From assembly GCA_034670305.1 (NCBI GenBank), contig JAXMNT010000003.1, positions 209,764 to 273,763 of the forward strand: a stretch of DNA of 64,000 bases, given 5' to 3'. The notes under the pieces are model-generated. The model was not told the origin of the DNA. It was given only the letters and a program-made list of their open reading frames with translations, and did no database searches. Source of the DNA: Deltaproteobacteria bacterium (lineage in GTDB: Bacteria; Myxococcota_A; Polyangia; Polyangiales; Houyiibacteriaceae). Positions 18,399-28,722 of the stretch are shown here, piece after piece. The position numbers and the translations under genes are program-made. Each line of letters opens with the position of its first letter. Within the stretch, counting starts at the first letter, position 1.

Positions 18399-20876
18399 TT
18401 ACTCGAACGGAGGCGGATCCATCGGCGCGTTCACCGGCGCCGCGGCCGCCTGAGCCGGCGTCGCGCTGGCGGAACGCTCTCGGGTCCGAAGCACGCGGGT
18501 GAGTTCCTCCTCGAGGGAGTCGGCGCGCGCGTCTGCGGCCGCGCGGCGCGCCCGTTCCCCGGCCCGGCCCGCTTCGGCGGCGGCCACCCGATCGGTGAGG
18601 CTGCGGACCTGCGCCTCGAGGCCGGCCCGCCCTTCCCGTTCCCGGTTGAGGGCACGCTGAAGTTCGGCCTGGGCCTCTTCGCCGGTGCGCAGTTGTTGCG
18701 TGAGGTCGTTGCGGCGTTCTTGGAGCTCGGTGGTCTCCGCTTCGAGGCGCGCGATGATCTGCTGGCGGGCGTCCACATCGGCCTCGTGGGCTTGCCGCTC
18801 CGAGGTCAGCTCCCCCCGCACCGTCGTGAGATCCCCGCGCAGTGACGAGAGGGTCGCTTCCGCGCCTGCGAGCCGGCTCTCGAGCTGGGTGCGGCCGAGC
18901 CGTTCGCTCGCGAGCCGTCCCCGGATGGCCTCGGCATCTTGCGCGATGCGGCGGCGTTCGGCGTCCGTGGCGGCGAGGTCTTCGCGCACCGCTTCGGCCT
19001 CTTGTACCGCGAGCGCCACTTGATCCCGGTGCTGCGCGTCGCGGGCCTGGACGACCTCGACCGCCGCCACACCGAGACCGGCGAGCATCATGAGGATCGG
19101 GAAGGCCCGGCGGCGTGCGCGGCGGCGACGGCGGCGTTTGTCTTCGGGGGCCGTGAGCACCGAGAGCTGGTCGGCGAGTTCGAGCGCGGTCGGGCGCTCG
19201 TCGGGATCCAGGCTCATCCAGCGCTGCAGGTGCGGCTTGAGAAACTTGAGGTCCCGGTCTCGCGGCAAGAGCGGCATGTCGCGGGCGCGCGTCTCGATGA
19301 ACGCATCCACCTGGCCGGGACCGACATCTTCTTGGGTGTCGGGTTCGAGCGCGTTGCGCATCGCCAAGACCAGGCTGAACACGTCGGCCTTCTCGGTGAC
19401 GCGGGGGCGGTGCGCGACGGTCGCGAACTGCGCCGCGACCTCGGGTGCGAAGTAGGTGGGTGTGCCGGCGACGAGCATCTCGGCTTGCGTGGCGGCCACG
19501 CCGAGATCGATGAGCACGGGCATCATCGCGTCTTCGGGCGAGCCGTCGCCCCACGCGGGGAGCTCCGCGAGAAAGACGTTCTCGGGTTTGACGTCTTGGT
19601 GTCGCAGCCCCGCGGCGTGCACGGCCGCGAGGGCGCGCGCGAGCGGCTCGAAGATGGTGCGGGCTTCCGCGCGCGTGAGCGGACCGCGGCGGATGCGGGA
19701 CTCGAGGGTCTCGCCGTCGTACCAGGGCATCACGAACCACAGGCGGCTCTCGAACCAGCCGTGGTCCTTGAGGTGCACGACGCTCGGATGAAAGACGCTC
19801 GCGAGGTGGCGGAGTTCGCGCAGGGCGGACTGCCGCTCTTCTTCCCCGTAGGCCGGCTGATGGAGGATTTTCAGCGCGACGACGTGGCCGGGGACCTCGA
19901 CGTCCTCGGCTCGGTAGACGTCGCCGAAGGCGCCCGTGCCGACCTGCAGCTGGATCCGGTAGCGGTCCGCGACGAGCGAACCGACACCGAGCGGGCTCGG
20001 TCCGAGGCGCGGCTCCTCTTCGCGCGTGGTGGGCACGGTGGTGACCACGGTGAACGCCTGCACCAAGAGGTTGCGCAGCTTCTCCCCGGGCACGAGGTGC
20101 ACGATCTCCGCGGCCCGGCAGGTCGCGAAGTGAAGATCCTCGAGCACGTCTTGCACGTCCAGCTCGAGCACGTAGGCGAGATCTTCCGGCGTGAGCTCGC
20201 GGGTGTGGCGGAGTTCCAACAGCTCGGCGTCGCGTGGTTCGAGACCATCGCGCAATGCTTCGACGCGCGCGGTGATGCGCGTCTTGCCGGCTTCGCCCGG
20301 CGCCCACGGCGGGGAGCCGATCGGCCCGTCGCGTTCGTCGAGCGCGAGCTCCGCGACCTCGCGGGCGATGCGGTAGAGACGCGCGCGAATGCCGGGGGCT
20401 TGGACGAGGTCTTCGCTTCGGATGGCGGCGATGACCGCACGGACGCGACGCAGAGCGCGGTCGCCTTCGTCGGCGTCGGCGAGGCGGATCGTGAGGTACG
20501 CGCGCAGTCCCTGCACATACGGTTTGAGGGCGCGTGCGTGCAGCACGTCGACCACGGTGTGCGAACGCGCGACGACCGAAGACGCGGCGCGTAGGGGCGC
20601 GGCCGCGATGGTGCCGAGAGGCTGGTCGGAAGCGTCGACGTCGAGGAGCGGGAGCGCGACGGGGCGCGGCTGGTGTGCGGGTGCTCCCGGTGACTGAGCG
20701 GCGGACCCGCGGGTGCTGGACGACTGGGACACCGGAACGCCGCGGGCCACGACCGACGTGTCGCCCTGCAGATCGGACGCGCTTTGCGACCGCGATGCCG
20801 ATGGCTCGGTCTCGCGCGGCGGGGGCGTGTCGGGCGTGCGCGCTTGGGTGTCGGCGAAGGGTTGAGTTCCGGCCAT
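18399..20876 (-). CDS. Membrane Ser/Thr protein kinase with ECF-sigma-like N-terminus and coiled-coil C-terminus
   Basis: GTGAFGDVY, VALK, HQDVKPEN, DLG, GTPTYFAPE and ADVFS, then a TM helix and a long coiled coil. Confidence 0.9.
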   Translation of the reverse strand: MAGTQPFADTQARTPDTPPPRETEPSASRSQSASDLQGDTSVVARGVPVSQSSSTRGSAAQSPGAPAHQPRPVALPLLDVDASDQPLGTIAAAPLRAASSVVARSHTVVDVLHARALKPYVQGLRAYLTIRLADADEGDRALRRVRAVIAAIRSEDLVQAPGIRARLYRIAREVAELALDERDGPIGSPPWAPGEAGKTRITARVEALRDGLEPRDAELLELRHTRELTPEDLAYVLELDVQDVLEDLHFATCRAAEIVHLVPGEKLRNLLVQAFTVVTTVPTTREEEPRLGPSPLGVGSLVADRYRIQLQVGTGAFGDVYRAEDVEVPGHVVALKILHQPAYGEEERQSALRELRHLASVFHPSVVHLKDHGWFESRLWFVMPWYDGETLESRIRRGPLTRAEARTIFEPLARALAAVHAAGLRHQDVKPENVFLAELPAWGDGSPEDAMMPVLIDLGVAATQAEMLVAGTPTYFAPEVAAQFATVAHRPRVTEKADVFSLVLAMRNALEPDTQEDVGPGQVDAFIETRARDMPLLPRDRDLKFLKPHLQRWMSLDPDERPTALELADQLSVLTAPEDKRRRRRRARRRAFPILMMLAGLGVAAVEVVQARDAQHRDQVALAVQEAEAVREDLAATDAERRRIAQDAEAIRGRLASERLGRTQLESRLAGAEATLSSLRGDLTTVRGELTSERQAHEADVDARQQIIARLEAETTELQERRNDLTQQLRTGEEAQAELQRALNREREGRAGLEAQVRSLTDRVAAAEAGRAGERARRAAADARADSLEEELTRVLRTRERSASATPAQAAAAPVNAPMDPPPFE

Positions 20877-20980
20877 GAAGGCAGGGTGCCGCCATCGGTC
20901 GGTTCCACCCAAAAAGCCGCAAACGCCCCGTACTGAACCTGCGCAGTTGGGCCGAGGGCAGGCTTCGGTATGATGCGCGC

Positions 20981-21484
20981 ATGGTCGGCCGCACCGCTTC
21001 GCCCGGGTCCTTGGTGACAGTGGCCCTGTGCGCGCTGCTCGCGATCGGCGGGTGCAAAGAGGACCCCGACGCTCCGGAAGGCAGCGCCGAGTGGCAGGCG
21101 GCGACCTGGCCCGAGCCGACCGAAGACGGCCTGGTGCTCCTCTTCGAGGTGGACTCAGCCCACGTGGCCGAGCGGCTCGCAGTGGATGCGTCGCGGTCGC
21201 TCGACTACCTGGCGCGCATCTCGGACCGCCACGAGATCCACATCCGGCTCGAACCGGCCCCGAAGGACCTCGAGCGGGTCCGCGACATGCTTCGGCAGGG
21301 CGGGTGCTGCGCGCTGACCTCCAACAGCGAGGACGCGACCGAGAGTGCGACACTGCGGGTGCGGCTGCCCGACCTGTCGTGCGACGTCACTCTCCCTTTG
21401 CACGAGTGGGACGACCTGCCGGGGCCGAGTTCTTGTGAAGCGCACGTGCGCTCCCTGCACGGCCGGCCGCGCTTCCGGAACTGA
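20981..21484 (+). CDS. Hypothetical lipoprotein
   Basis: Lipobox-like LLAIGGC; TATGAT 6 nt before the ATG. Confidence 0.6.
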   Translation: MVGRTASPGSLVTVALCALLAIGGCKEDPDAPEGSAEWQAATWPEPTEDGLVLLFEVDSAHVAERLAVDASRSLDYLARISDRHEIHIRLEPAPKDLERVRDMLRQGGCCALTSNSEDATESATLRVRLPDLSCDVTLPLHEWDDLPGPSSCEAHVRSLHGRPRFRN

Positions 21485-21517
21485 AGCGGGACCGCGTCGG
21501 TTCGTGGCACCACCGGC

Positions 21518-23278
21518 TCAGGTGTCTTCGAGGCGCCGGCCGCCAAAGCGGGTGAGCACCACCGCGCCGAAGCCGACGCATGCCACGACGAGCAGGATCA
21601 TCATGCTGACGAAGCCCGGCAAGAGCGAGACGGCGAACAGCACCAAGGTGCCCGCGGTCAACTGGGCGACCGGGCGGTTGGCGAGCACTTCGAGCGGCAG
21701 CACCGCCCCGAGCACGGAAGCGACGACCGCAGCGCCGACGTAGATGCCGAGCACCGCCGCGAGTCCGACCATGAGCGCGGCCGGCAGCCCGATGATCGTG
21801 ATGGCCAACACCACGATGAGTAGGAGCGCGGTCGTGAGCCCGAGGGCGCCGAAGAAGCCAGCCCGGACCGGCTGTTTCACGACCGCGGCCGCGAGCGCGG
21901 CATGGCGCTCCCGCATGCCGCCGAGCAGGACGAGGCCCAGCAAGAAGAGCAGTGCGTACTTCGCGCCGACACCGGCGACGCGCTCGCCGAACCGCGACGG
22001 AGCTTCGGTGGACTCGGCGGGCTCCGAGGCCGCGCCCTCCCGCTTCACTTCGCCGCCCATCGTGACCAGTCGGCCGTCCACGGTGCCGCCCGGCGCGATC
22101 TCCACATCGCCGCCCATGGTCACCACATCGCCTCGGACCGTGGCGCTCGGTCCGACGTGCACATCGCCGCCCATCGTGACGACGTTCGCGAGGACTTCGC
22201 CGAGGATCGTCGCGTCGCCGCCGGCGGTGGTCACGGCGCGCACGCGCTCGGTCAGACCGACGACGATGTCCTCGCCCCACGAGGTGCGCTCACCCACGAT
22301 CGCGCCCACGGTGGACGTGGTCGGAGTCGCGGGAACGGCCGGAACGGCAGGGACTGCGGCAGTCACCGGGACATCGGGGACCGCCGGGACCGCCGCCGGG
22401 GCACTGGGAACGGCGGGGACTGGAGCAGCCGGCGTGGGCACGGCAGTGGTGGGTGCGCGCTGCACGATCAAGAGTTCCGCGGTGCGCTCGACGATGTAGC
22501 CGTCGGGGAGCACCGCGCGAACGACGTCTGCGAGGGACGCATTGTCCAGGTGCACGCCGACGCGCTCGTCGCCTTCCAGCTGGCCGACGAGCCCGAGGCC
22601 CACCGAAGTCGTCGCGGCCCGCAGCACGGTGGCCGCGCGCGCTTGGTCCACGTGTACCGTCACGCTCGACTCCTGCGCTGGCCACACCCCGCGCAGTTCC
22701 TGGGCGTGGACCGAGCCGGCGCTGAGTCCGATCCCCATCGCGAACAACGCGACCGCCACGCTGCTGCGGCGCGCGATGGCCCGGGCCGGCAACGCCAGCA
22801 GCAACACGCCGATGCCGAGCAAGAACGCGAGCCCGGTCCAGCCGCCCGGAAGAAGCGCCACGAGACGATCGAGGCCGCCGACGAGCCCCAGCATTCCGCG
22901 TCCCGCGTCGAGCAGTTCGGCGCGGGTGGGCATGCCGAAGGAGATGGCACCGAGCACCGCCGCACCGACCGCAGCCAACATGCCGGACAACGCCAGGCTG
23001 CGGCGCGAAGGCGCGGGCGGAACGGCCGCGAGCGCAGCGGAGACCATCGCGCTCACATCGGGGATCGGTGGAGGGGCGGCGTCGAACGCGAGACCGATGT
23101 CGATGGAGAGCGCACGCGCGACGGCGACGTCTTGTTTGTGGGCCGGGTCCTCTCGCCAGGCGGGATCCTCGGCATCCAGAGCCTCGAGCACCGCCTCCGG
23201 GACCAGCTCCTCGCGGCCATGCGCCAGCGCCTCGAGCAGTTGCTCCGCAGAGCGCTCGTCGCGATCGTCGGTGGTCAT
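21518..23278 (-). CDS. Putative anti-sigma / multi-domain membrane protein (STN-like domain, GGDV beta-helix repeats, C-terminal TMs)
   Basis: ATGA overlap with the sigma gene. It has two N-terminal TMs, a Pro/Ala linker, VVTMGGDV repeats and 4-5 C-terminal TMs. Confidence 0.7.
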   Translation of the reverse strand: MTTDDRDERSAEQLLEALAHGREELVPEAVLEALDAEDPAWREDPAHKQDVAVARALSIDIGLAFDAAPPPIPDVSAMVSAALAAVPPAPSRRSLALSGMLAAVGAAVLGAISFGMPTRAELLDAGRGMLGLVGGLDRLVALLPGGWTGLAFLLGIGVLLLALPARAIARRSSVAVALFAMGIGLSAGSVHAQELRGVWPAQESSVTVHVDQARAATVLRAATTSVGLGLVGQLEGDERVGVHLDNASLADVVRAVLPDGYIVERTAELLIVQRAPTTAVPTPAAPVPAVPSAPAAVPAVPDVPVTAAVPAVPAVPATPTTSTVGAIVGERTSWGEDIVVGLTERVRAVTTAGGDATILGEVLANVVTMGGDVHVGPSATVRGDVVTMGGDVEIAPGGTVDGRLVTMGGEVKREGAASEPAESTEAPSRFGERVAGVGAKYALLFLLGLVLLGGMRERHAALAAAVVKQPVRAGFFGALGLTTALLLIVVLAITIIGLPAALMVGLAAVLGIYVGAAVVASVLGAVLPLEVLANRPVAQLTAGTLVLFAVSLLPGFVSMMILLVVACVGFGAVVLTRFGGRRLEDT

Positions 23279-23868
23279 GCCGCCGACCCGCGCTCGAGGG
23301 ATTCCAGCGCCGCGCGCAGCTTCTTCCGGCCGCGGTGCAGCCACGTCATGACGGTGCCGATCGGCACGTCGAGCGTCTTCGCGATGTCTTCGTACGTTTC
23401 GCCGTGCACGTGAAAGAGCACGATCGCCGAGCGCATCTGTTCGGGCAAGGACTCCATGGCGGTGGCGAGGTCTTCGACGCCGATGCGCGCGAGCGCGAGC
23501 CGCTCGGGCGAAGGCGCCGGGCCGGAGGCTGCGGCGGTGCGTTCGTCTCCATCGGAGGCAAACGTGTTGCGCTCGAGACCGCGGCGACGAAGTCGATCGC
23601 GGCAGACGTTCCGGGCGACGGTGAGGGCCCAACTCCGGAAGCTCCCCTTCGCAGGATCGAACTGGTCGATCCGGGTCACGATCTTCTCGAGCGCGAGCTG
23701 GGCGGCGTCCGGTCCGTCGTTCTTGCCCGCGACGTGGAAACAGAGCCGGTGGATGTCGGCCGCGTGGCGCGTCAGCAGTTGGGCCAGTGCGTCTCGATCG
23801 CCGCCGCGGGCACCGCGCGCGAGATCGGCGTCGGCGACCTCCACGGTGGGGGCGGCGCTGGGGCTCAT
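23275..23868 (-). CDS. ECF sigma-70 factor
   Basis: FDPAKGSFRSWALTVARNVCRDRLRR (region 2) and TYEDIAKTLDVPIGTVMTWLHRGRKKL (region 4). Confidence 0.93.
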   Translation of the reverse strand: MSPSAAPTVEVADADLARGARGGDRDALAQLLTRHAADIHRLCFHVAGKNDGPDAAQLALEKIVTRIDQFDPAKGSFRSWALTVARNVCRDRLRRRGLERNTFASDGDERTAAASGPAPSPERLALARIGVEDLATAMESLPEQMRSAIVLFHVHGETYEDIAKTLDVPIGTVMTWLHRGRKKLRAALESLERGSAA

Positions 23869-24127
23869 GAGGGAGAGGATGCCGGAAAGCATGGGTCTCT
23901 CTGGATACGAAGGGCTCGAGGCCAGTATTTCGAGAATCCGTGGATCGGAGTCTCCGGCACGAGAAGGGGGTGTGGTGTGCCACGATTGGCACTTTTCGTG
24001 CGGGGTCCGCAAATGGCGTCGGTACGTCCGGGAACCGCCGGACGAAGGCTGCTTCCCTTGAACAATCGGTGGCGTGGGCCGTCGACGGTGATAAGCGCAG
24101 CGCCGTGGGGATCACCGGAGAGAACGC

Positions 24128-25468
24128 ATGAACAGGCAATTCCTTAGAGCAGCTTCCGTCCTGAGCGCCATCCTGGCCCTCGGCGCCACCCAGTCGGTCG
24201 CCCACGCGGAGAGCGGCAAGCTCAACCTGCATCTGGACGTTGGATTCGCGACCCCGTTCCTCGGCGAGCTCGGCCCGACCGAGACCACTGTGACGCTCGG
24301 CGGCGCGGGCTGGCTCTCGCTCGACTACCAGCTCAAGGCGCCCTTCTCGCTCGAGATCATTGGCGGCTTCGGCGGGTTCAACAACCCGCAGCCGCAGCAC
24401 GCGATGGACCGCTCCTGGGCGGCCTACGGCACGGCCGCGGTGGGCGCGCGCTTCCGGTTCCTCGACAACCAAGAAGGCTACTTGAACGAGACCGAGGGAG
24501 ACTTCCTGGGCAACGTCTGGATCAGCGCGCACCTTGGCTACCACTACTTCGACGACCACCAGTTCGGCATCGACGCCGCCATTGGGTACGAGTGGTCGCT
24601 GGTGCGTCCGATGCAGGTCGGCATCTTCTTGCGCGGGGCGGTGATGTTCGCGGGCGCGAACGAGGGCGCGGACGGAATCGTCGCGCTCGGCGTGAACTTC
24701 TCGTTCGAGCTCTTCGGCAACGTCGAAGGCGTCGACACGGACGGCGACGGCCTGAGCGACGAACGCGAGGTCCAGCGCTTCGGCACCCAGCTGAACAACC
24801 CGGACACCGACGGCGACGGACTCAACGACGGCCTGGAAGTGCGCACGGGCACCGACCCGCTGTCGGCGGACACCGATGGAGACGGACTGAGCGACGGGGA
24901 CGAAGACGCGAACGCGGACGGCAACGTCGCGGACGGCGAGAGCGATCCCCGCATGGAAGACACCGACGGTGGCGGCACGCCGGATGGGTTCGAAGTGCCC
25001 GATGGAACCGACCCGCGCGACGCGTCGGACGACGACAAGGACGGCGACGGAGTGCTCAACCACCTCGACCAATGCCGCGGCACCGCCGAAGGCACCGAAG
25101 TCGATGAGCGCGGGTGCGCGATCATCCGGGAGCGCATGGTGCTGCCCGGCATCACCTTCGAGTTCGACAGCGCGGACATTCGACCCGAATCGGAGCGCAC
25201 CTTGAGAATCGCCCTACAGATTCTCAGCGACAACCCGGACGCCCGCGTCGAAGTCGGCGGACACACGGACAACTCCGGCGCCCGCGGCCACAACCGGGAT
25301 CTCTCGCGCCGGCGGGCGGATTCGGTCAAAGCGTGGCTCGTCGAGCACGGCGTGCAGGCGAGCCGCCTGCGGACCCGCGGCTACGGTCCCGACCAACCGG
25401 CGGCGTCGAACGACACCCCCGAAGGCCAAGCGCAGAACCGCCGCATCGAGTTCACCCAGATCGACTAG
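24128..25468 (+). CDS. OmpA-family protein with Asp-rich Ca-binding (TSP3-like) repeats
   Basis: Signal peptide, beta-barrel-like N-domain, DTDGDGL repeats, and OmpA C-domain (GHTD...[16 protein letters not shown]). Confidence 0.92.
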   Translation: MNRQFLRAASVLSAILALGATQSVAHAESGKLNLHLDVGFATPFLGELGPTETTVTLGGAGWLSLDYQLKAPFSLEIIGGFGGFNNPQPQHAMDRSWAAYGTAAVGARFRFLDNQEGYLNETEGDFLGNVWISAHLGYHYFDDHQFGIDAAIGYEWSLVRPMQVGIFLRGAVMFAGANEGADGIVALGVNFSFELFGNVEGVDTDGDGLSDEREVQRFGTQLNNPDTDGDGLNDGLEVRTGTDPLSADTDGDGLSDGDEDANADGNVADGESDPRMEDTDGGGTPDGFEVPDGTDPRDASDDDKDGDGVLNHLDQCRGTAEGTEVDERGCAIIRERMVLPGITFEFDSADIRPESERTLRIALQILSDNPDARVEVGGHTDNSGARGHNRDLSRRRADSVKAWLVEHGVQASRLRTRGYGPDQPAASNDTPEGQAQNRRIEFTQID

Positions 25469-25800
25469 CAGGCTGCTGAAGAACGCCCGCAGGGCGTTCT
25501 CGCAGCCTGCCCCTTGCCCCTGCCCTTGCCTTTGCCCTTGCCCGCGGATCAGCGGTCAGATCGCTTGATCAGCGCGACGAGCATCGCGACGACCTGCTCG
25601 AGGTGGGCGAGAGCCCGTTCGATATTTCTTGGGGGCACAGCCCCCAAACCCCGTCCCGGTGACACCGCTGGCTCGCTTCGCGAGGCTGCACGCTGTCGAA
25701 TATCGGGCCTCGATGCCTCGGCCCGACGGTCCGTGATTTCGAGCCAGGAGACGACCTCGATCGCGGAGCGCCGGGCCATCCGATAGAAGCGGGCCTTCTT
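25465..25800. mobile_element. CTAG-hairpin-(CCTTGC)n repeat element, left part, with four-helix-bundle gene remnant
   Basis: 25465-25745 is nearly identical to 47465-47665 apart from a 78-bp insertion. The minus strand encodes FYRMARRSAIEVVSWLEI...LEQVVAMLVALIKR*. Confidence 0.75.
25627..25699. repeat. ~73-bp hairpin mini-element, copy 2, flanked by ATAT duplication
   Basis: Three differences from 5542-5613. The empty site GTTCGATATCGGGC is seen at ~47617-47630. Confidence 0.9.
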
Positions 25801-26158
25801 TGGGACCCCTGCTCCACCGCGCACACCTTCGACGGGTGGAAGTCGACGCCCAAGCGTTCTTCCGACGATTCCGCCCCGAGGATGCCAAGCGCCGGCACAT
25901 GGTTGCTCCGCGTTGGGTGGAGAAAACGCGGGAGGATCCCCATCGACGACATTGGCTACACCAAGACGTCAGGGGATCGACCCCGCAACGGGTGCCGGTT
26001 GCCCGTCAACGGTGCTCGCCCAGTGTTGTGAACCGATGGCTGCGCGCGCCAGCACTCCCTCGGCAACAGTGCCCGTCCTGAGGCTGTTCGAAACGGCTGC
26101 TGGCCGGCGCAGCCCCTGGAGCCGGGCGCCGCCGCGCTCGCCCTGGCTAGCCCCCGCG

Positions 26159-28624
26159 TCAGAGGCCGCCGACGTCTACTTGGTAGCTGCCGAAGGAGCT
26201 GCTGAAGTAGCCGTCGACGTGCAGGACGTAGAGGCCGACCGAGTTGACGGCCGCGCTCACGCTGGACTGCACGCTGCAGCTGTCGTCGTCGCAGGCGATC
26301 TGGCCTGAGGCGCCGTGGACGTGCAGCACCGTGTCGAAGCTCGTGCCGGTGCAGGTGGTTGCGGTGACGTTGCCGGTCACGCCCGAGCAGCGCCCGAAGT
26401 AGTAGCCGTTCTCTGGCCCGCTGCCGTTGCACGTGCTCGACAGCGTGCCGGTGCCGCTGGTGGTGCCGGTGTAGCTGCCGTTCGTCGAGATCATCGTGTA
26501 CGTGCCGTTGCCGATCGGGACCGACTGCCAGCGGAGCTGGATGGCCCCGTTGGTCGTGGCCGACGAGAAGGCGTGCACGGCGATGTAGTAGGTCCCCGGC
26601 GCGAGCACCCGCATCAACCGCTCCTGGGTCACGCCGCAGTCGTCGTCCTCGCACTGGGCCGCCGCGCCGCCACAGGAGGTGCGAAGCGAGATCGAGGTGT
26701 CGAACGTGGATCCAAAGGTGTCGACATAGAGCACCGAGCGGGTCGACAGCGTGATCCGGTACCAGAGCTCCCCGCCGTTGCGGCAGTCCGTGACCGAACG
26801 GGACGCGTTCGCGTAGGTGTCGCTCATCGTGCCGCTCGTCCCAGACAGAACGGTCGCGCCGGTGCACTGGTCGTTCGGGGCGCCACAGCCTTCGTCGACC
26901 ATGCCGTTGCCGTTGTCGTCGCAGCCGTTGCCGCACGTCTCGGTGGCCGCCGCACAGCTGTTGAACGAATCACAGCCGGCCTGGCATGTCTGGCTCCCAC
27001 TCGTGCCGCACGAGGTCGTGCAGCTCCGGATCGCGCCGAGCCGACAGGTGAACCCATCGTCCGCGGTTCCGTCGCCGTCGTCGTCGCAGCCGTTGCAGAC
27101 CTCGGTCGCGATGCACGCGCCGTAGCCGCCGCAGTCGAGTCCGCAGGTCTGCGTGCCCGAGGTGCCGCACGCGGTGGTGCACGACCGGGTGGTGCCGCGT
27201 TCACAGGCGAACCCTTCGTCTCGGAGTCCGTCGCCGTCGTCGTCGCAGCCGTTGCAGGTCTCGGTCGCGGCCACACACGCGCCAAAGCCGCTGCAGTCCG
27301 CCGCACAGCTCTGGTTGCCGCTCGTGCCGCACATCGTGGTGCAGCTGGCCGAGGTTCCGAACACACAGCCGAGGCCATCGTCGGCCACTCCGTCGCCGTC
27401 GTCGTCGCAGCCGTTGCAGGTCTCGGTCGCGGCCACACAAGGCGTGCGCGTACAGCCCGCGGTGCAGCCCTGCATGCCGCCGGTGCCGCAGCCGGTCGTA
27501 CACGCGACCGGCGCGGAGCCCACGGCGCAGACCATGCCCGGGCCGTCGTCGCTCGTGCCGCTGCAGTCGTTGTCGAGCCCGTCGCACAGCTCGGTGCCGG
27601 CCGGGTTCACGCTCGGGTTCAGGTCGTCGCAGTCGTTGCCGCCGTCGCAGCCGACCGCGGTGTAGCCGTCGCCGTCGGCGTCGCTCCCGAGGTGCTCACA
27701 CATCGCGGAGGGCTCGAGGCACCGGTCGGTGGTGCAGGAGATGCCATCGCCGCAGTCCACCGGCGTACCGGCCACACAGCCGGCGATCGCGTCGCAGGTC
27801 TCGTCGCCATCGCACACGGTCGCGTCTCGGCAGAGCGAGTCGTCGGGTCCGTGCGCGCACGCGTCCGCGCCGGCGTCGCACGAGTCCACGGTGCAGGCCA
27901 CCCCGTCGTCGCAGTCGGGCGCCGCGCCCGCGATGCAGTCCATCGTGGGGTCGCAGACTTCGTCGCCGTTGCAGAACGTGCCGTCGGCGCAGACGCTCGC
28001 ATCCGGGGTGTGTTCGCAACCGCCCGCACCCTCGGAGCACGTGTCGATCGTGCACGACACTCCGTCGTCGCAGTCGGGCGGGTCGCTCGCGGCGCAACCG
28101 TTCGCGTCCGCGGCCGGGTCGTCCGGCGCGCACACCTCGGCGCCGTTGCAAAGGATGCCGTCGTCGCAGGGTGCGTCTTCGGGTTCGTGGGTGCACTCGC
28201 CGAGTTCGGTCGAACACGCGTCCAGCGTGCAGCCGAGTCCGTCGTCGCAGGCGGGCGCTTCGCCGCGTTGGCAGCCGGTCGATGGGTCGCAGGTCTCGAC
28301 GCCGTTGCAGAAATCGCCGTCGTCGCAGGACTCGTCGGAATCACACGGCGGCCGCAGCACGCACCCCATCGCGGCGTCGCACAGCTCGGTCTCCGCACAG
28401 AGGCGGTCGTCGATGGCGTTGCTGCAACGTCCCGTGACCAGGTCGCACACGTCTTCGGTGCAATCGATGGCGTCCGCGCACTCGATGTCGGTGGTGCATC
28501 CCATGGGAGGCGCATCCACGACGGCGCCGTCCCCGCCGGTCCCGCCGTCCGCCTCCTCCATCTTGCCGGAGGCACACGCCACGAGGACACAACAAGCCAA
28601 CCCAACCCCACGAATACGCAACAT
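26159..28624 (-). CDS. Large Cys-rich lipoprotein (CDDGxxCNGxExC repeats, MopE-like CDGLDNDC motifs)
   Basis: Lipobox-like VLVAC, many Cys repeats, and two C-terminal FDTxL-type beta domains. Confidence 0.85.
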   Translation of the reverse strand: MLRIRGVGLACCVLVACASGKMEEADGGTGGDGAVVDAPPMGCTTDIECADAIDCTEDVCDLVTGRCSNAIDDRLCAETELCDAAMGCVLRPPCDSDESCDDGDFCNGVETCDPSTGCQRGEAPACDDGLGCTLDACSTELGECTHEPEDAPCDDGILCNGAEVCAPDDPAADANGCAASDPPDCDDGVSCTIDTCSEGAGGCEHTPDASVCADGTFCNGDEVCDPTMDCIAGAAPDCDDGVACTVDSCDAGADACAHGPDDSLCRDATVCDGDETCDAIAGCVAGTPVDCGDGISCTTDRCLEPSAMCEHLGSDADGDGYTAVGCDGGNDCDDLNPSVNPAGTELCDGLDNDCSGTSDDGPGMVCAVGSAPVACTTGCGTGGMQGCTAGCTRTPCVAATETCNGCDDDGDGVADDGLGCVFGTSASCTTMCGTSGNQSCAADCSGFGACVAATETCNGCDDDGDGLRDEGFACERGTTRSCTTACGTSGTQTCGLDCGGYGACIATEVCNGCDDDGDGTADDGFTCRLGAIRSCTTSCGTSGSQTCQAGCDSFNSCAAATETCGNGCDDNGNGMVDEGCGAPNDQCTGATVLSGTSGTMSDTYANASRSVTDCRNGGELWYRITLSTRSVLYVDTFGSTFDTSISLRTSCGGAAAQCEDDDCGVTQERLMRVLAPGTYYIAVHAFSSATTNGAIQLRWQSVPIGNGTYTMISTNGSYTGTTSGTGTLSSTCNGSGPENGYYFGRCSGVTGNVTATTCTGTSFDTVLHVHGASGQIACDDDSCSVQSSVSAAVNSVGLYVLHVDGYFSSSFGSYQVDVGGL

Positions 28625-28722
28625 ATCCGGCCAGGATACAATTTCCCGCGGGTTCGCGCCCCCTCCCGGCCGGTCTTTCCTTGGCCATCGGATGAGTGAG
28701 CGGCAATCGCCCGAACGCCCGT

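Noticed and set aside
25549-25824. Avd-like remnant as evidence of a diversity-generating retroelement
   Set aside because: No reverse transcriptase and no TR/VR pair with adenine-specific mismatches in the window.
25800-26158. Short ORFs or ncRNA in this intergenic gap
   Set aside because: No motif, RBS or convincing structure seen.
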